Virus record (IMG/VR): IMGVR_UViG_2671180778_000015
Origin: a virus
Lineage: Duplodnaviria > Heunggongvirae > Uroviricota > Caudoviricetes
DNA length: 30,936 bases
Reading direction: 5' to 3' (one strand)
The notes below the pieces were generated by a model. It did no database searches. It worked only from the letters and a program-made list of their open reading frames with translations, and was not told where the DNA came from. Of this stretch, positions 8,463 to 17,487 are shown piece after piece. A program made the position numbers and the translations under genes. Position 1 is the first letter of the stretch. Each line of letters starts with the position of its first letter.

Positions 8463-10781
8463 TTATACCTGCGCCACGTTATACCAAGTCCCGTTAATGT
8501 ATTTCTGCACCGGTCTGTAATATACGCCACCAATGTTATCGGCAGAGTTTGAGCCGGTATCCTGAACAATAATGCCGGAATATACACACCCGGACGGTGC
8601 CTGATGTGTCCATGTCATGCCATTGTTCGCAGGTTTGTATGTGGCAGCACCACCAAGCCGGATATCCCGGACATAGCGTGAATCAAAATTACTATAGTTA
8701 GATGGTGATACCTGCCCGTTAACAGCAAAAGTGATGCTGTTATCTGTATTTCTCTGACTGTAAAAATGCCAGCCTGCATCATCACCTAATTCAGCCACCA
8801 CAGGACGACTTGAGTTTCCCCACAAATTGAATGCGGCTTCCTTCGTGGATGTATTGCTGCTGCTGACCGTGAACTTTTTCCCGCTACCGGCACGTACTTT
8901 GGTACTTGAGGCAATATCACCAGTAACACTCAGGCCATGCCCCATTGACACTCCGCCATTAGCGTTATTGATAGTCAGCGGCCTTAAACCGTTCCATGTC
9001 CCAAATTTATCACCAGAGGCCGTCAGCATTAAATATGTGCTGCCACCATCATTCCTGATAAAGAATCCATAATTGCCATAAGCAATGCGCAGACCATTAG
9101 CACTGAGTGATGTAATTTCACCTCTAGAACGGAGACCATAAGCGGAGCTGAGTGATAATTCTTCCTGAGCGTCATAGTTTCCTGTCGCCCAGCGAATTAC
9201 CCCGCCCTGCACTGTTTCATGCCAGATAGTGTCTCCTTCTCCACCACGAAACTTTCTGAGATATTTTTTGCCGCCTCTGGTGCCTGAACATAAGGCCGTA
9301 GACATATAGGCATTCTGGCTTCCGCCATCCTGATTAATCGTTCCGGTCATTGCGTCGCCCTGACGATTCCAGTCACGACGCCAGCCGGGGGAGTAGCCGT
9401 CCCCATGATTAATGTAAGTGAATTGCGCGCTGGTTGTACCGCCACCACTTGATGTTGTCGGCGTGGTCACTCGGATAGTGATTGCAGATTTAGTTCCCAT
9501 GACCTCGACGACACAACCTGCCAGGTGGATATCACCACATCCGGTATCCGTAATGATTTTGTTATTTGCATATGACCAGGAGCCTTTGCACATCCAGTAC
9601 GGATGATTAAATGCACCGCGGGAATCCAGCCATTCAATAAACTGAGCGGTTGTCCAGTTTCCGGCTTCAGTGCTCAAAGCGCCGCTATAAGCACGACAGG
9701 CACCGATATTTTTCGTGAAGGTATCCTTTCCCGGAATATCCGCACCGTTCTGATCTTTCTGAAGACGTTTTTCAGCATTGTCATAGGCAGACTTCACCGC
9801 TTTTGGTGTTGCGGCCAGCGTTTCAGAATCACTGTTGGTGGCGCTACTGAGCTGGACAAGACCTTTTCGCGCGGTGGTGGCATCCTGTGCAGTGTATTTC
9901 CCGTTAGCAAGGTCATACGCTGTCTTAACCGCCTTTGGCGTTGCGGCCAGCGTTTCAGAATCGCTGTTGGTGGCGCTACTTAGCTGGACAAGACCTTTTC
10001 GCGCGGTGGTGGCATCCTGTGCGGTATATTTCCCGTTAGCGAGGTCATATGCTGCCTTTACCGCCTTTGGCGTTGCCGCAAGCGTTTCAGAATCGCTATT
10101 GGTGGCGCTACTGAGCTGGACAAGACCTTTTCGCGCTGTGGTGGCATCCTGCGCGGTATATTTCCCGTTAGCAAGATCATAAGCGGCCTTAACCGCTTTC
10201 GGCGTTGCGGCCAGTGTTTCAGACGTGCTGTTGGTCGCACTGCTTAACTGAGTAAAACCTTTTGCGGTTAGCGAGGCGTCCGGGTGACGTCGTGACTGTT
10301 CGTGCTCTGCAATTTTGTCATCAACGTAATCCTGCGTCGCCATCACCGTTGTGGTGTCAATGGTCAGCGCCACTGAGGCCACACTGCTGACGATGATGAC
10401 CATGCGGCAGGTCTGCGAACGCCCTGAGCCTTCGGCAAGGGCAGGCTTATAACTTTCGGCCATGTTCGCCACAGCAATTAACGTTCCCGCATCATCGTAC
10501 AGGCCAAGCTCACGCATCCAGAAACCGCCCACCTCCGGCGGAACAACCAGCTCTGCGATAATATAATTACTGTTTCGTTTGTCCTGGCTGATTTTGTTCA
10601 GCGCATGTCGCCAGACTTCATGGATAAGCCCGGTCTGTCCGGCATCCGGGACAGGCAATTTACCACCGCCATCCCCGACGGCCATCGTGGTAATGTTGAC
10701 CTTCCGCCCTCCCGGTGCGGTTGCCGCTGCCAGCTTTGCTGCACCGGCAGTGGTGATAACGGTTTTGAATTTTGTGCTCAT
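8463..10781 (-). CDS. H: tail fiber protein H, 772 aa
   Basis: Position between I and G; N-terminus MSTKFKTVITTAGAAKLAAA is P2 gpH-like; contains four tandem copies of the QLSSATNSxSETLAATPKAVKxAYD tail-fiber repeat; longer than P2 H (which I recall as 669 aa). Confidence 0.88.
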   Translation of the reverse strand: MSTKFKTVITTAGAAKLAAATAPGGRKVNITTMAVGDGGGKLPVPDAGQTGLIHEVWRHALNKISQDKRNSNYIIAELVVPPEVGGFWMRELGLYDDAGTLIAVANMAESYKPALAEGSGRSQTCRMVIIVSSVASVALTIDTTTVMATQDYVDDKIAEHEQSRRHPDASLTAKGFTQLSSATNSTSETLAATPKAVKAAYDLANGKYTAQDATTARKGLVQLSSATNSDSETLAATPKAVKAAYDLANGKYTAQDATTARKGLVQLSSATNSDSETLAATPKAVKTAYDLANGKYTAQDATTARKGLVQLSSATNSDSETLAATPKAVKSAYDNAEKRLQKDQNGADIPGKDTFTKNIGACRAYSGALSTEAGNWTTAQFIEWLDSRGAFNHPYWMCKGSWSYANNKIITDTGCGDIHLAGCVVEVMGTKSAITIRVTTPTTSSGGGTTSAQFTYINHGDGYSPGWRRDWNRQGDAMTGTINQDGGSQNAYMSTALCSGTRGGKKYLRKFRGGEGDTIWHETVQGGVIRWATGNYDAQEELSLSSAYGLRSRGEITSLSANGLRIAYGNYGFFIRNDGGSTYLMLTASGDKFGTWNGLRPLTINNANGGVSMGHGLSVTGDIASSTKVRAGSGKKFTVSSSNTSTKEAAFNLWGNSSRPVVAELGDDAGWHFYSQRNTDNSITFAVNGQVSPSNYSNFDSRYVRDIRLGGAATYKPANNGMTWTHQAPSGCVYSGIIVQDTGSNSADNIGGVYYRPVQKYINGTWYNVAQV
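9768..10280 (-). repeat. in-frame tandem repeat, 4 copies of about 120 bp (40 aa) inside tail fiber gene H
   Basis: Protein residues about 168-338 repeat (TAQDATTARKGLVQLSSATNSDSETLAATPKAVKAAYDLANGKY); near-identical 120-nt units are directly visible on the plus strand between about 9770 and 10240. Confidence 0.85.
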
Positions 10782-10791
10782 TATTCCTCAC

Positions 10792-11322
10792 TTATCCGGG
10801 GTAAACCGTAATTACATCGCCGTCATAAGCCACACCACCGGCGAACAGGTAGCCGGGAATGTCCCGGGTAATGTTCAGACCAATAAGGTGACGGCTTGCA
10901 GGTTTGGCATCAGCAATCAGCCGTTCCATTTCCTGATACATTGCCTCTGTGATACCGCTTTCCAGTACACCAATATCGAGCCGGAAAGTGCCGGGCGGGT
11001 CACTGTTTTCCCACCACTCCGTCACGTTGATGAGATAGCCGAGCGGCTCCACCACACGCCGGATTGCGCCGATAGTGCCTTTATGACAGTGGATGAAATA
11101 GGCATCGCGGATAACGGCGCGTTTTGTCGCTTCCGGCCACTTTTCATCCCACCTGTCGACCGAAAACGCCCACGCCAGCCACGGCAGCAAATTTGCCGGG
11201 CAGGTGTCCGGGTTCCACAGCTCACGAATCCTGAGCGGCGTTTTTTCAATTTCCGCACAGGCTTTTGCGGCAGCAACTTCAAGCGGTGATGAGCCGGTCG
11301 GCAGCAGTCGCGAATCACTCAT
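10792..11322 (-). CDS. I: baseplate assembly protein I, 176 aa
   Basis: 176 aa as P2 gpI; between J and H; ATG verified. Confidence 0.88.
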   Translation of the reverse strand: MSDSRLLPTGSSPLEVAAAKACAEIEKTPLRIRELWNPDTCPANLLPWLAWAFSVDRWDEKWPEATKRAVIRDAYFIHCHKGTIGAIRRVVEPLGYLINVTEWWENSDPPGTFRLDIGVLESGITEAMYQEMERLIADAKPASRHLIGLNITRDIPGYLFAGGVAYDGDVITVYPG

Positions 11323-12223
11323 CCGAGCCTCCGGTCACGACGCGGTATTCGGTACAGAAAGACGCCTGCGTACTGTTGAGCACGATGTCGGCCAGTGGTG
11401 CGGCCAACTCGACACGCTGCACGCCTTCCACATGCAAAGCGGCATAAATGGCAGACAGACGGATGTCGCGCCCCAGCCGGTGCTGTGCCGTGATGTACGC
11501 TTCCAGTTTTTTCACGGCGGCAGCGCGTATGGGTTCGCTTTCGGGACCAGGGTAAAGGTAAAGCGTGGCGTTTATCTGGTATTCAACAATGGCGGCAGAC
11601 TGCACGGTCACGCGGTCGGCCACCGGCCTGACGTCCTCGCCATTAATGGCGTTACGCACCACGGCCAGCAGGTCTTCGGATGCGACACCGTTATTTTCAC
11701 GTGACAGCACGGAGATGGTGACGCAGGCCGGAGACGGACTGGTGACAGAGATATCCGCGACACGCCCGTCAGCACTGCGGCCATGATACTGATAGGCACC
11801 CACCGACCCGGCGACGCTTAAACCTTCAAACGCCTGCTGAATACGCAGACGATAATCGGTGTCAGACTCCATCACTGCCGGTGTCGGCGGGATGGTCGAA
11901 TCATCTGCCGGGGTGATAGTCAGGCGCGTGGTGTTGTAATTGGCACCAATCACATCAAGGTCATTACCGGCGGCACAGGCCAGCATTACCGCCCGTGCGG
12001 CCTCATTCACACGCTGACGCCAGATAAGCTCACGATAAGCATTTTCCTCCAGCAGTTTGACGAGAGGCTCGGATTCCAGCATCAGGGTACGGGCGACCGC
12101 CTCCTGCTGGTCTTCCGGGTAAAGGGAAATCAGTGTCGCCTTGCGTTCAGCAAGAATGGTTTCAAAGTCCAGCTCCTCGACCACATCCGGTGCGGGTAGC
12201 TGGTTCAGGTCGATAATCGGCAT
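11315..12223 (-). CDS. J: baseplate assembly protein J, 302 aa
   Basis: 302 aa as P2 gpJ; synteny W-J-I. Confidence 0.88.
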   Translation of the reverse strand: MPIIDLNQLPAPDVVEELDFETILAERKATLISLYPEDQQEAVARTLMLESEPLVKLLEENAYRELIWRQRVNEAARAVMLACAAGNDLDVIGANYNTTRLTITPADDSTIPPTPAVMESDTDYRLRIQQAFEGLSVAGSVGAYQYHGRSADGRVADISVTSPSPACVTISVLSRENNGVASEDLLAVVRNAINGEDVRPVADRVTVQSAAIVEYQINATLYLYPGPESEPIRAAAVKKLEAYITAQHRLGRDIRLSAIYAALHVEGVQRVELAAPLADIVLNSTQASFCTEYRVVTGGSDE

Positions 12224-12227
12224 GGTT

Positions 12228-12575
12228 TCAACTCACAGGGATGGTTAACGAAAGTGGCTGGCCGGTGTCGTTGTGCTGGCCGGTTAACGTGACCGTCATT
12301 CGCCCGTCAAAGCTGCGCGCCGTAGTGACGGATGACAGGGTGACGCGGGGTTCCCATTTCAGCACCGCCATGTAACAGGCGACCTTAATCTGCAACTCAA
12401 GCGCCGGGGTCTGCGGCTGGTCAATCATTGACGCCAGCAACGAGCCGTAATCACGACGCATCACCCGTGAGCCGACCGGTGTGCGCAGGATATCGCCGAT
12501 ACTCTGGCTGATATGCTCAAGGTCAGTGACAGTCAGGCCATCACTGCGATTCATTCCGAGATAACGCGCTGTCAT
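12228..12575 (-). CDS. W: baseplate protein W (gp25-like), 115 aa
   Basis: 115 aa as P2 gpW; synteny V-W-J. Confidence 0.88.
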   Translation of the reverse strand: MTARYLGMNRSDGLTVTDLEHISQSIGDILRTPVGSRVMRRDYGSLLASMIDQPQTPALELQIKVACYMAVLKWEPRVTLSSVTTARSFDGRMTVTLTGQHNDTGQPLSLTIPVS

Positions 12576-13207
12576 AGAGGACTCCCGGTTGTGCCGCCGC
12601 TGTCGCCGGGGTGTTTATGGGTATGCAGTACCTTCCCGTTTGATGAGAGTTCACCGCCGGTGTGTTCAATGTTGCCACGCATCGTCCCGCCCTTCTGTAC
12701 TTCCAGCGTGCCGGTAATCAGCCTGTTGGTGCAGACCACCTCCGGTGTGTCCAGGGTGATGCGGGTTGACGCTTTCACCATGACCACCGGCACCGTGGCA
12801 GTAACAGAATCAGAAGCCGTCACGCTGGCCGTTTTAATTCCGCTTACCGTGAGTGCACTGGTTTCGGGTTCATACTCAATCACCGCCCCGTCAGGGAAAC
12901 GGATATGCAGGGCATCCGCCGACGCAGACGGCGCGGGGTTATCGCCGGAATAAATCCCCGGCAGAACGAACGCCGTGTCGAGTTCACCGCCCACGGCCAG
13001 AATCAGCACCTGTTCCCCCACGGAAGGTGCCCACCATGTGCGCGAACGTCCGGCGCGACAGGTCAGCCACTGAAGCCAGTCGGTGCACATGCCGCCGGTC
13101 TGCACACGGCAGCGACCGGCGTTAAGGTCGGTTTCGACGATAATGCCGGTGCGGATCATGTTGCGCAGTGCGCGCGCGAGTTCCTGAATATTTGCGAGAG
13201 TGTTCAT
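12572..13207 (-). CDS. V: baseplate spike/assembly protein V, 211 aa
   Basis: 211 aa as P2 gpV; 4-nt overlap with W; ATG verified. Confidence 0.88.
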   Translation of the reverse strand: MNTLANIQELARALRNMIRTGIIVETDLNAGRCRVQTGGMCTDWLQWLTCRAGRSRTWWAPSVGEQVLILAVGGELDTAFVLPGIYSGDNPAPSASADALHIRFPDGAVIEYEPETSALTVSGIKTASVTASDSVTATVPVVMVKASTRITLDTPEVVCTNRLITGTLEVQKGGTMRGNIEHTGGELSSNGKVLHTHKHPGDSGGTTGSPL

Positions 13208-13273
13208 AACGGGAAGGATGCCGCCGGGTCATACCGGCGGCAATGTGACGATGAGGTGTCAGGAATGGCACAA

Positions 13274-13726
13274 CTAACGGTCGAGGTGAGCGAGGATAAT
13301 CTCTTCAATCATCTGCACATCCTCACCGGTAAAGCCGAGCAGAGGACGCGCCGGATAATCAATTTTCTTACCGTCTTTCCGGGTTTCTTCCGACAGACCG
13401 AACTGATGCACACTGGCGATTTTCGGCGACTTCCCGCCGTAAAATTCCATTGATGCCTGTTCCGGGCTGGCGCGGATATGCAAAAAACGACTGGTGATAA
13501 GTTTCGCAAACATTTTTCGCTTAACGCGACCGGTCTTTTTTCTGGCGCTCTGCTGCTGACGTGGCGCGTAGGGGGTGCCGTCCGGGGCTTTCTGTGCCAT
13601 CACCCGACGCTGCTGACTCTGACGCAGACGTTTCGCCAGTTCGGCGCTCAGTCGCCGACGCCCTGACGGTGACAGCGATTCAATCAGCCCGGTCAGCCGG
13701 TCTTCAAAACGCTTAAACTCATTCAT
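13274..13726 (-). CDS. S: tail completion protein S, 150 aa
   Basis: 150 aa as P2 gpS; synteny R-S-V. Confidence 0.85.
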   Translation of the reverse strand: MNEFKRFEDRLTGLIESLSPSGRRRLSAELAKRLRQSQQRRVMAQKAPDGTPYAPRQQQSARKKTGRVKRKMFAKLITSRFLHIRASPEQASMEFYGGKSPKIASVHQFGLSEETRKDGKKIDYPARPLLGFTGEDVQMIEEIILAHLDR

Positions 13727-14186
13727 CCCACTTGCTCACCAGTTCGCCATTGATATACAGCTCCACCGGGCGGGTGACCGGCTCCGGCGGCAGAGGTTCC
13801 GGGATATTCTTCACATGCAGCGCGCCGTCCACCTCACTGACCAGCGTGCGCTCGGTCAGCATCAGGCTGATGCTGATATCAAAGCTGCTGTCATTGTTGA
13901 TGTCTGCATAAAACGTGAAGCCCTTTTTCTGGCCTTCGTCGGTGGTCATGATGTCGGGCTGATTTTCCCGCAGCCACGCCAGCACCGGCACGATGAGCAG
14001 GTCAAAATCACCGGTAAAGTCGGTCACAATGACATTGAGCGTGTAACGCTTTTCGAATGACAGCGACGTCGCCAGTGTGGAGGCAATACTCCCGTTATCC
14101 ACGAATATCCGCAGCATATCGGGGTTAGTTTTCAGCACCGTGACGGCATCAGTCAGCGCCCTGCGCAGGCTGTCGGGTTTGAGCAT
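13719..14186 (-). CDS. R: tail completion protein R, 155 aa
   Basis: 155 aa as P2 gpR; overlaps the S start. Confidence 0.85.
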   Translation of the reverse strand: MLKPDSLRRALTDAVTVLKTNPDMLRIFVDNGSIASTLATSLSFEKRYTLNVIVTDFTGDFDLLIVPVLAWLRENQPDIMTTDEGQKKGFTFYADINNDSSFDISISLMLTERTLVSEVDGALHVKNIPEPLPPEPVTRPVELYINGELVSKWDE

Positions 14187-14439
14187 CGTTTTCGTCCTGA
14201 CAGTGTTTAATCATTTTTACCTGGCTGGCACAGCGTGCCAGCGCGTTCTCAAGCTGCCGGATATCAGCACTTAAATCGCCGTTCGTCTCCGGGTCACTGC
14301 CCGGCATCGGGCAAAGGCTCACTTTCGGGCAGGCGTTGGCGACAATCACTGGCGTCTGCGCAGGCGGGGCGCTGGTGCAACCGGCGCACAGCATCAGGCA
14401 GGTCAGCGCCGTACCAGCGGCGAAAATCTTCGTTTTCAT
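14149..14439 (-). CDS. lysC: LysC, Rz1-like outer-membrane lipoprotein o-spanin, 96 aa, embedded out of frame in lysB
   Basis: Internal ATG (plus cat 14437-14439) of ORF 14149..14556 gives 96 aa MKTKIFAAGTALTCLMLCAGCTSAPP..., matching recalled P2 LysC; signal peptide with Cys (lipoprotein-like); overlaps the 3' end of lysB and the 5' end of R. Confidence 0.75.
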   Translation of the reverse strand: MKTKIFAAGTALTCLMLCAGCTSAPPAQTPVIVANACPKVSLCPMPGSDPETNGDLSADIRQLENALARCASQVKMIKHCQDENDAQTRQPAQGAD

Positions 14440-14719
14440 TAAGTAACCTCGTGATGGTTTTCTCGCGCTGTGCTTCACGCTTCGCGGCGTTTTCCAGTTC
14501 CTGACGCAGTGCCACCTGCGCCAGCTCGTTTTTGTCTGCCCTGGTGAGGGCAACATGAAGCTGATTTTTCAGCATGGTGATGGTCGTCTGCTGCCCGCTG
14601 GCGACGCTGTTTGCCCTGTCCAGTGAGGTGCGCAGTCTGGCGTTTTCATGCTTCACCAGAAACAGCCCCGCCACCGCCAGCGATAACAACACGACCAGTG
14701 CAATCATCAGCTTTGACAT
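14294..14719 (-). CDS. lysB: LysB, Rz-like inner-membrane i-spanin, 141 aa
   Basis: 141 aa as P2 LysB; N-terminal TM segment then coiled-coil-like region; downstream of lysA. Confidence 0.82.
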   Translation of the reverse strand: MSKLMIALVVLLSLAVAGLFLVKHENARLRTSLDRANSVASGQQTTITMLKNQLHVALTRADKNELAQVALRQELENAAKREAQREKTITRLLNENEDFRRWYGADLPDAVRRLHQRPACADASDCRQRLPESEPLPDAGQ

Positions 14720-15132
14720 AGTTCCCGCCCCTCAAGACGCTGACGGCAGGCCGTGCGTATCAGCCGGAAAAACAGCGACGCCACGAGATAAATCAGCGCA
14801 GTAAAAATCCACCCGGCGGCAACCAGCGAGATAAACGTCGCCACCAACACCACCAGAGCCGCCGCCCGCCTGCGCCACGGCACCGGCTGTAAAAACAGCG
14901 ACGTGACAATCTTCACGGCCAGCGATTCCGGCGGCAGCTCCCGTCCGTAGCGTTCCAGTACATACTCCGTGGCATACACGCCGACACCACCGGCAACCAC
15001 ACAGATAACCGTCGCCAGAATCGCCCAGGCAGCGACAAAACTGACGGCCACGCTCTGCGGGTAAATCAGGGACAGTGCCAGCATCAGCGCCAGCGACACG
15101 TGCAGCATCAGTGAAAGGGATAATTTTTTCAT
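14707..15132 (-). CDS. lysA: LysA, multi-TM lysis timing protein (antiholin-like), 141 aa
   Basis: 141 aa as P2 LysA; strongly hydrophobic with several predicted TM helices; between K and lysB. Confidence 0.82.
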   Translation of the reverse strand: MKKLSLSLMLHVSLALMLALSLIYPQSVAVSFVAAWAILATVICVVAGGVGVYATEYVLERYGRELPPESLAVKIVTSLFLQPVPWRRRAAALVVLVATFISLVAAGWIFTALIYLVASLFFRLIRTACRQRLEGRELCQS

Positions 15133-15146
15133 GGTGTTTACTCCGT

Positions 15147-15644
15147 TTAAGCCGGTGCGCCGCCAGCGGTACGCCAGACGGTGACCAGTTTTTCCAGTGA
15201 ATGCTCACGCTGACCGTAACCGGCACCCGGCAGGGACGCCCAGATATTGCGACAGCGTGAAATGGCGCGCTCAATGCGTCCCGCCCGGATGTCATCCAGT
15301 GCACCGCGTTCGCGGATCAACTGAATGGCAAGTCTGTCCTGTGACAACGGACTGAAATCCGGCAGGGCAAGCTGTTTGCGGTAGTGCGGCCAGAACAGGT
15401 AAAGCTGCTGATAGCGACCGGAGGCCGTGGATTTTTCACCGCGACGGTTAAACACCTTCGCCGGTCGGCCATGTGCGAACGGGTGGTCACTGTAGTCGGT
15501 GAAGATTTCCGGCTTCCCGTCCAGTCCGGTGACTATCACGTCATAGCCCCGGTTTTTCGTCAGCGGGTGATTCGCCGTCCCTTCTGACACGGCCAGCATG
15601 TCGAGAAAGGCAGCGATATTCTGATGCGTGTTAATTACCGGCAT
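15147..15644 (-). CDS. K: endolysin K (lysozyme-like), 165 aa
   Basis: 165 aa as P2 gpK; MPVINTHQNIAAFLDMLAVSEGTANHP recognised; follows holin Y. Confidence 0.9.
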   Translation of the reverse strand: MPVINTHQNIAAFLDMLAVSEGTANHPLTKNRGYDVIVTGLDGKPEIFTDYSDHPFAHGRPAKVFNRRGEKSTASGRYQQLYLFWPHYRKQLALPDFSPLSQDRLAIQLIRERGALDDIRAGRIERAISRCRNIWASLPGAGYGQREHSLEKLVTVWRTAGGAPA

Positions 15645-15925
15645 TACTGTTTCCCCCTGCCCTTAAAGCGGCGCTGAATGGCAATCTCAATCACCTGATA
15701 ACCGGCGATACCCAGCATGGAGCCGATGCCGCACACCGCAGGCAGTGACAGGTCAGGAAACTGCACCAGAACAACACCGGCAACCATCGAGACAAAACCA
15801 CCGAGCAACATGCGCCCGATAAACAGACGCGGGGTGATGGGTTCACCACCGGCAAGCACCTTGCCGACAACAATCAGCACCCCAATCATGAAAAGCGACA
15901 GAACGCTTTTTTCTTCTGCTGTCAT
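15644..15925 (-). CDS. Y: holin Y, 93 aa
   Basis: 93 aa as P2 gpY; hydrophobic TM core and charged C-terminus; immediately upstream of endolysin. Confidence 0.88.
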   Translation of the reverse strand: MTAEEKSVLSLFMIGVLIVVGKVLAGGEPITPRLFIGRMLLGGFVSMVAGVVLVQFPDLSLPAVCGIGSMLGIAGYQVIEIAIQRRFKGRGKQ

Positions 15926-15928
15926 GCG

Positions 15929-16132
15929 TTACTCCCACAGATTGACAGTTTCAGCCACGGGCGCGGTCTGAACGTCGGGCAGTTCGACGGCGGTGCCGTG
16001 TGGCAGCACCGCACCCAGTTCAGCCAGTCCCGGATTTGCGGCGAGCACGGTCTCAACCACGCCCTCAGTGCGCCCGTAATACCGGACACAAATGGCGTCG
16101 AGCGTGTCGCCCTGTAGCGCAAAGGTCTTCAT
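15929..16132 (-). CDS. X: tail protein X (LysM-like), 67 aa
   Basis: Internal ATG (plus 16130-16132) of ORF 15929..16201 gives 67 aa MKTFALQGDTLDAICVRYYGRTEGVVETVLAANPGLA..., matching recalled P2 gpX; start overlaps the L stop (ATGA). Confidence 0.85.
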   Translation of the reverse strand: MKTFALQGDTLDAICVRYYGRTEGVVETVLAANPGLAELGAVLPHGTAVELPDVQTAPVAETVNLWE

Positions 16133-16641
16133 CAGATTTGACTCACGATGCAGCGCGGCTTGTCCTGGATGCGCGCCACTGCCCAGCGCATATCCCGCCA
16201 CAGCTCATCAATGGTGCTGTCAATGCTGTCGGCCTTCTTGTCGCCTTTCGCACTGGCATCCACACCGCGATAACGTTCATAAAGCGACGCGGTCGCCATC
16301 GCACACACGGCGCGCTCGTAGTAAAAAACTTTGATGCTTTCACCGTCGATGTCGTCCGCCGGGACGTCCGCCAGACGCGTAAAACCGGCGGCAATTTTCT
16401 GTTCGCGGTACTCGTACAGCTCCGCATTCGTCTCCGCCATGCCTGACTTGATGGCCTCACGCAGACGGGCGGGGGCGACGGTCTGCTCAAGGCGCATACG
16501 TTCCCGGACGCGCTTCGGGTCGATATCGGGAAAAAAGAACGTGTTTTTAATCACCGGCTCGTCGCCTGCCGGTTGCGGGATGACCACCGTACCCTCACCG
16601 GACACGGGAGCCTCCTTTCGCGGAATAATCAGCGTCATCAT
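16132..16641 (-). CDS. L: capsid completion protein L, 169 aa
   Basis: ORF trimmed to the MMTLIIPRKEAPVSGEG start (ATG at 16639-16641) gives 169 aa as P2 gpL. Confidence 0.88.
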   Translation of the reverse strand: MMTLIIPRKEAPVSGEGTVVIPQPAGDEPVIKNTFFFPDIDPKRVRERMRLEQTVAPARLREAIKSGMAETNAELYEYREQKIAAGFTRLADVPADDIDGESIKVFYYERAVCAMATASLYERYRGVDASAKGDKKADSIDSTIDELWRDMRWAVARIQDKPRCIVSQI

Positions 16642-16740
16642 GACTACCTCTGAAAAGTCGGGCGGTGGACGCCGGTGCAGTGTCAGGTGATTCACCCTCA
16701 CTGACCGGCGTGCCGCCCTGGCGCGGGGCGCATTCGGTTG

Positions 16741-17484
16741 TTAACTGGCTTTCTTTTTCGGGCGTCCACGTTTTGCCGGTGTCGCACTCCGGGTCTTACG
16801 CGTGGCACTGGTGGCCGCTTTGGGCTGCGGCTCCGGCTTCGGTTTCAGCTCCCGCTCCAGTCGTTCAATCTCTTTTTTGACGCCTGCCTGACAGTCGAGC
16901 TGTGTCGCACGTTGCAGGTGAGCCAGCGCACCGGCGGCATCACCAGCGTCACGCAGAAACAGACCGGTGATTTTGTGCAGCTTTGCGCGCACTTCATCAG
17001 GCATGTCTGCCGTGGCGGTCAGTGCAAGGGTCTCCGTCAGCAGGCGGGTATCCACAGACTCACCGGCAGCGTGGGCGCGCATGGCCGCGAGCGCCACCTC
17101 CTCGGTGAACATGTACGGCGGGGTGCGGCGGTGTTTACCCGGCATGGTCAGACCGTACTTCAGGGCATAACGGGCAATCTCCAGCGCACCGGCAATATCG
17201 CCGGTATCCAGACGCCACAGCATGACCGTCATCAGAATGTCATCCTGTGCACCTTTGCCCTGCTCCAGCACACCGTTCACCCACGGCAACCAGAACGGCA
17301 GCAGTTCGCGTTTTTTCGCGGCCTTCAGCTCTTTTGAATAAATCGCTTTCAGTGTGCGCTGGTCTGCGGCCAGCTTGACCAGCATCTGCTCATAGACAGT
17401 TGCATGTCGCAGCGGGGCGGCGTCCCGCTGCGCGGTCATCGCTGCCGAGACCCGCATCATGTGGCGCTGTGCGGGACTCATCAT
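16741..17484 (-). CDS. M: terminase small (endonuclease) subunit M, 247 aa
   Basis: 247 aa as P2 gpM; basic C-terminal tail; synteny N-M-L. Confidence 0.88.
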   Translation of the reverse strand: MMSPAQRHMMRVSAAMTAQRDAAPLRHATVYEQMLVKLAADQRTLKAIYSKELKAAKKRELLPFWLPWVNGVLEQGKGAQDDILMTVMLWRLDTGDIAGALEIARYALKYGLTMPGKHRRTPPYMFTEEVALAAMRAHAAGESVDTRLLTETLALTATADMPDEVRAKLHKITGLFLRDAGDAAGALAHLQRATQLDCQAGVKKEIERLERELKPKPEPQPKAATSATRKTRSATPAKRGRPKKKAS

Positions 17485-17487
17485 CGG

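Noticed and set aside
9835-10182. 115-aa plus-strand ORF with internal repeats (MVALLSWTRPFRAVVASCAVYFPLARS...)
   Set aside because: Its repeats are the antisense image of the tail-fiber tandem repeat in H; not an independent gene and not a CRISPR array (repeats are contiguous and in-frame coding, with no spacers).
10579-11289. 236-aa plus-strand ORF spanning the H/I junction
   Set aside because: Antisense to H and I, both of which have strong synteny and length support.
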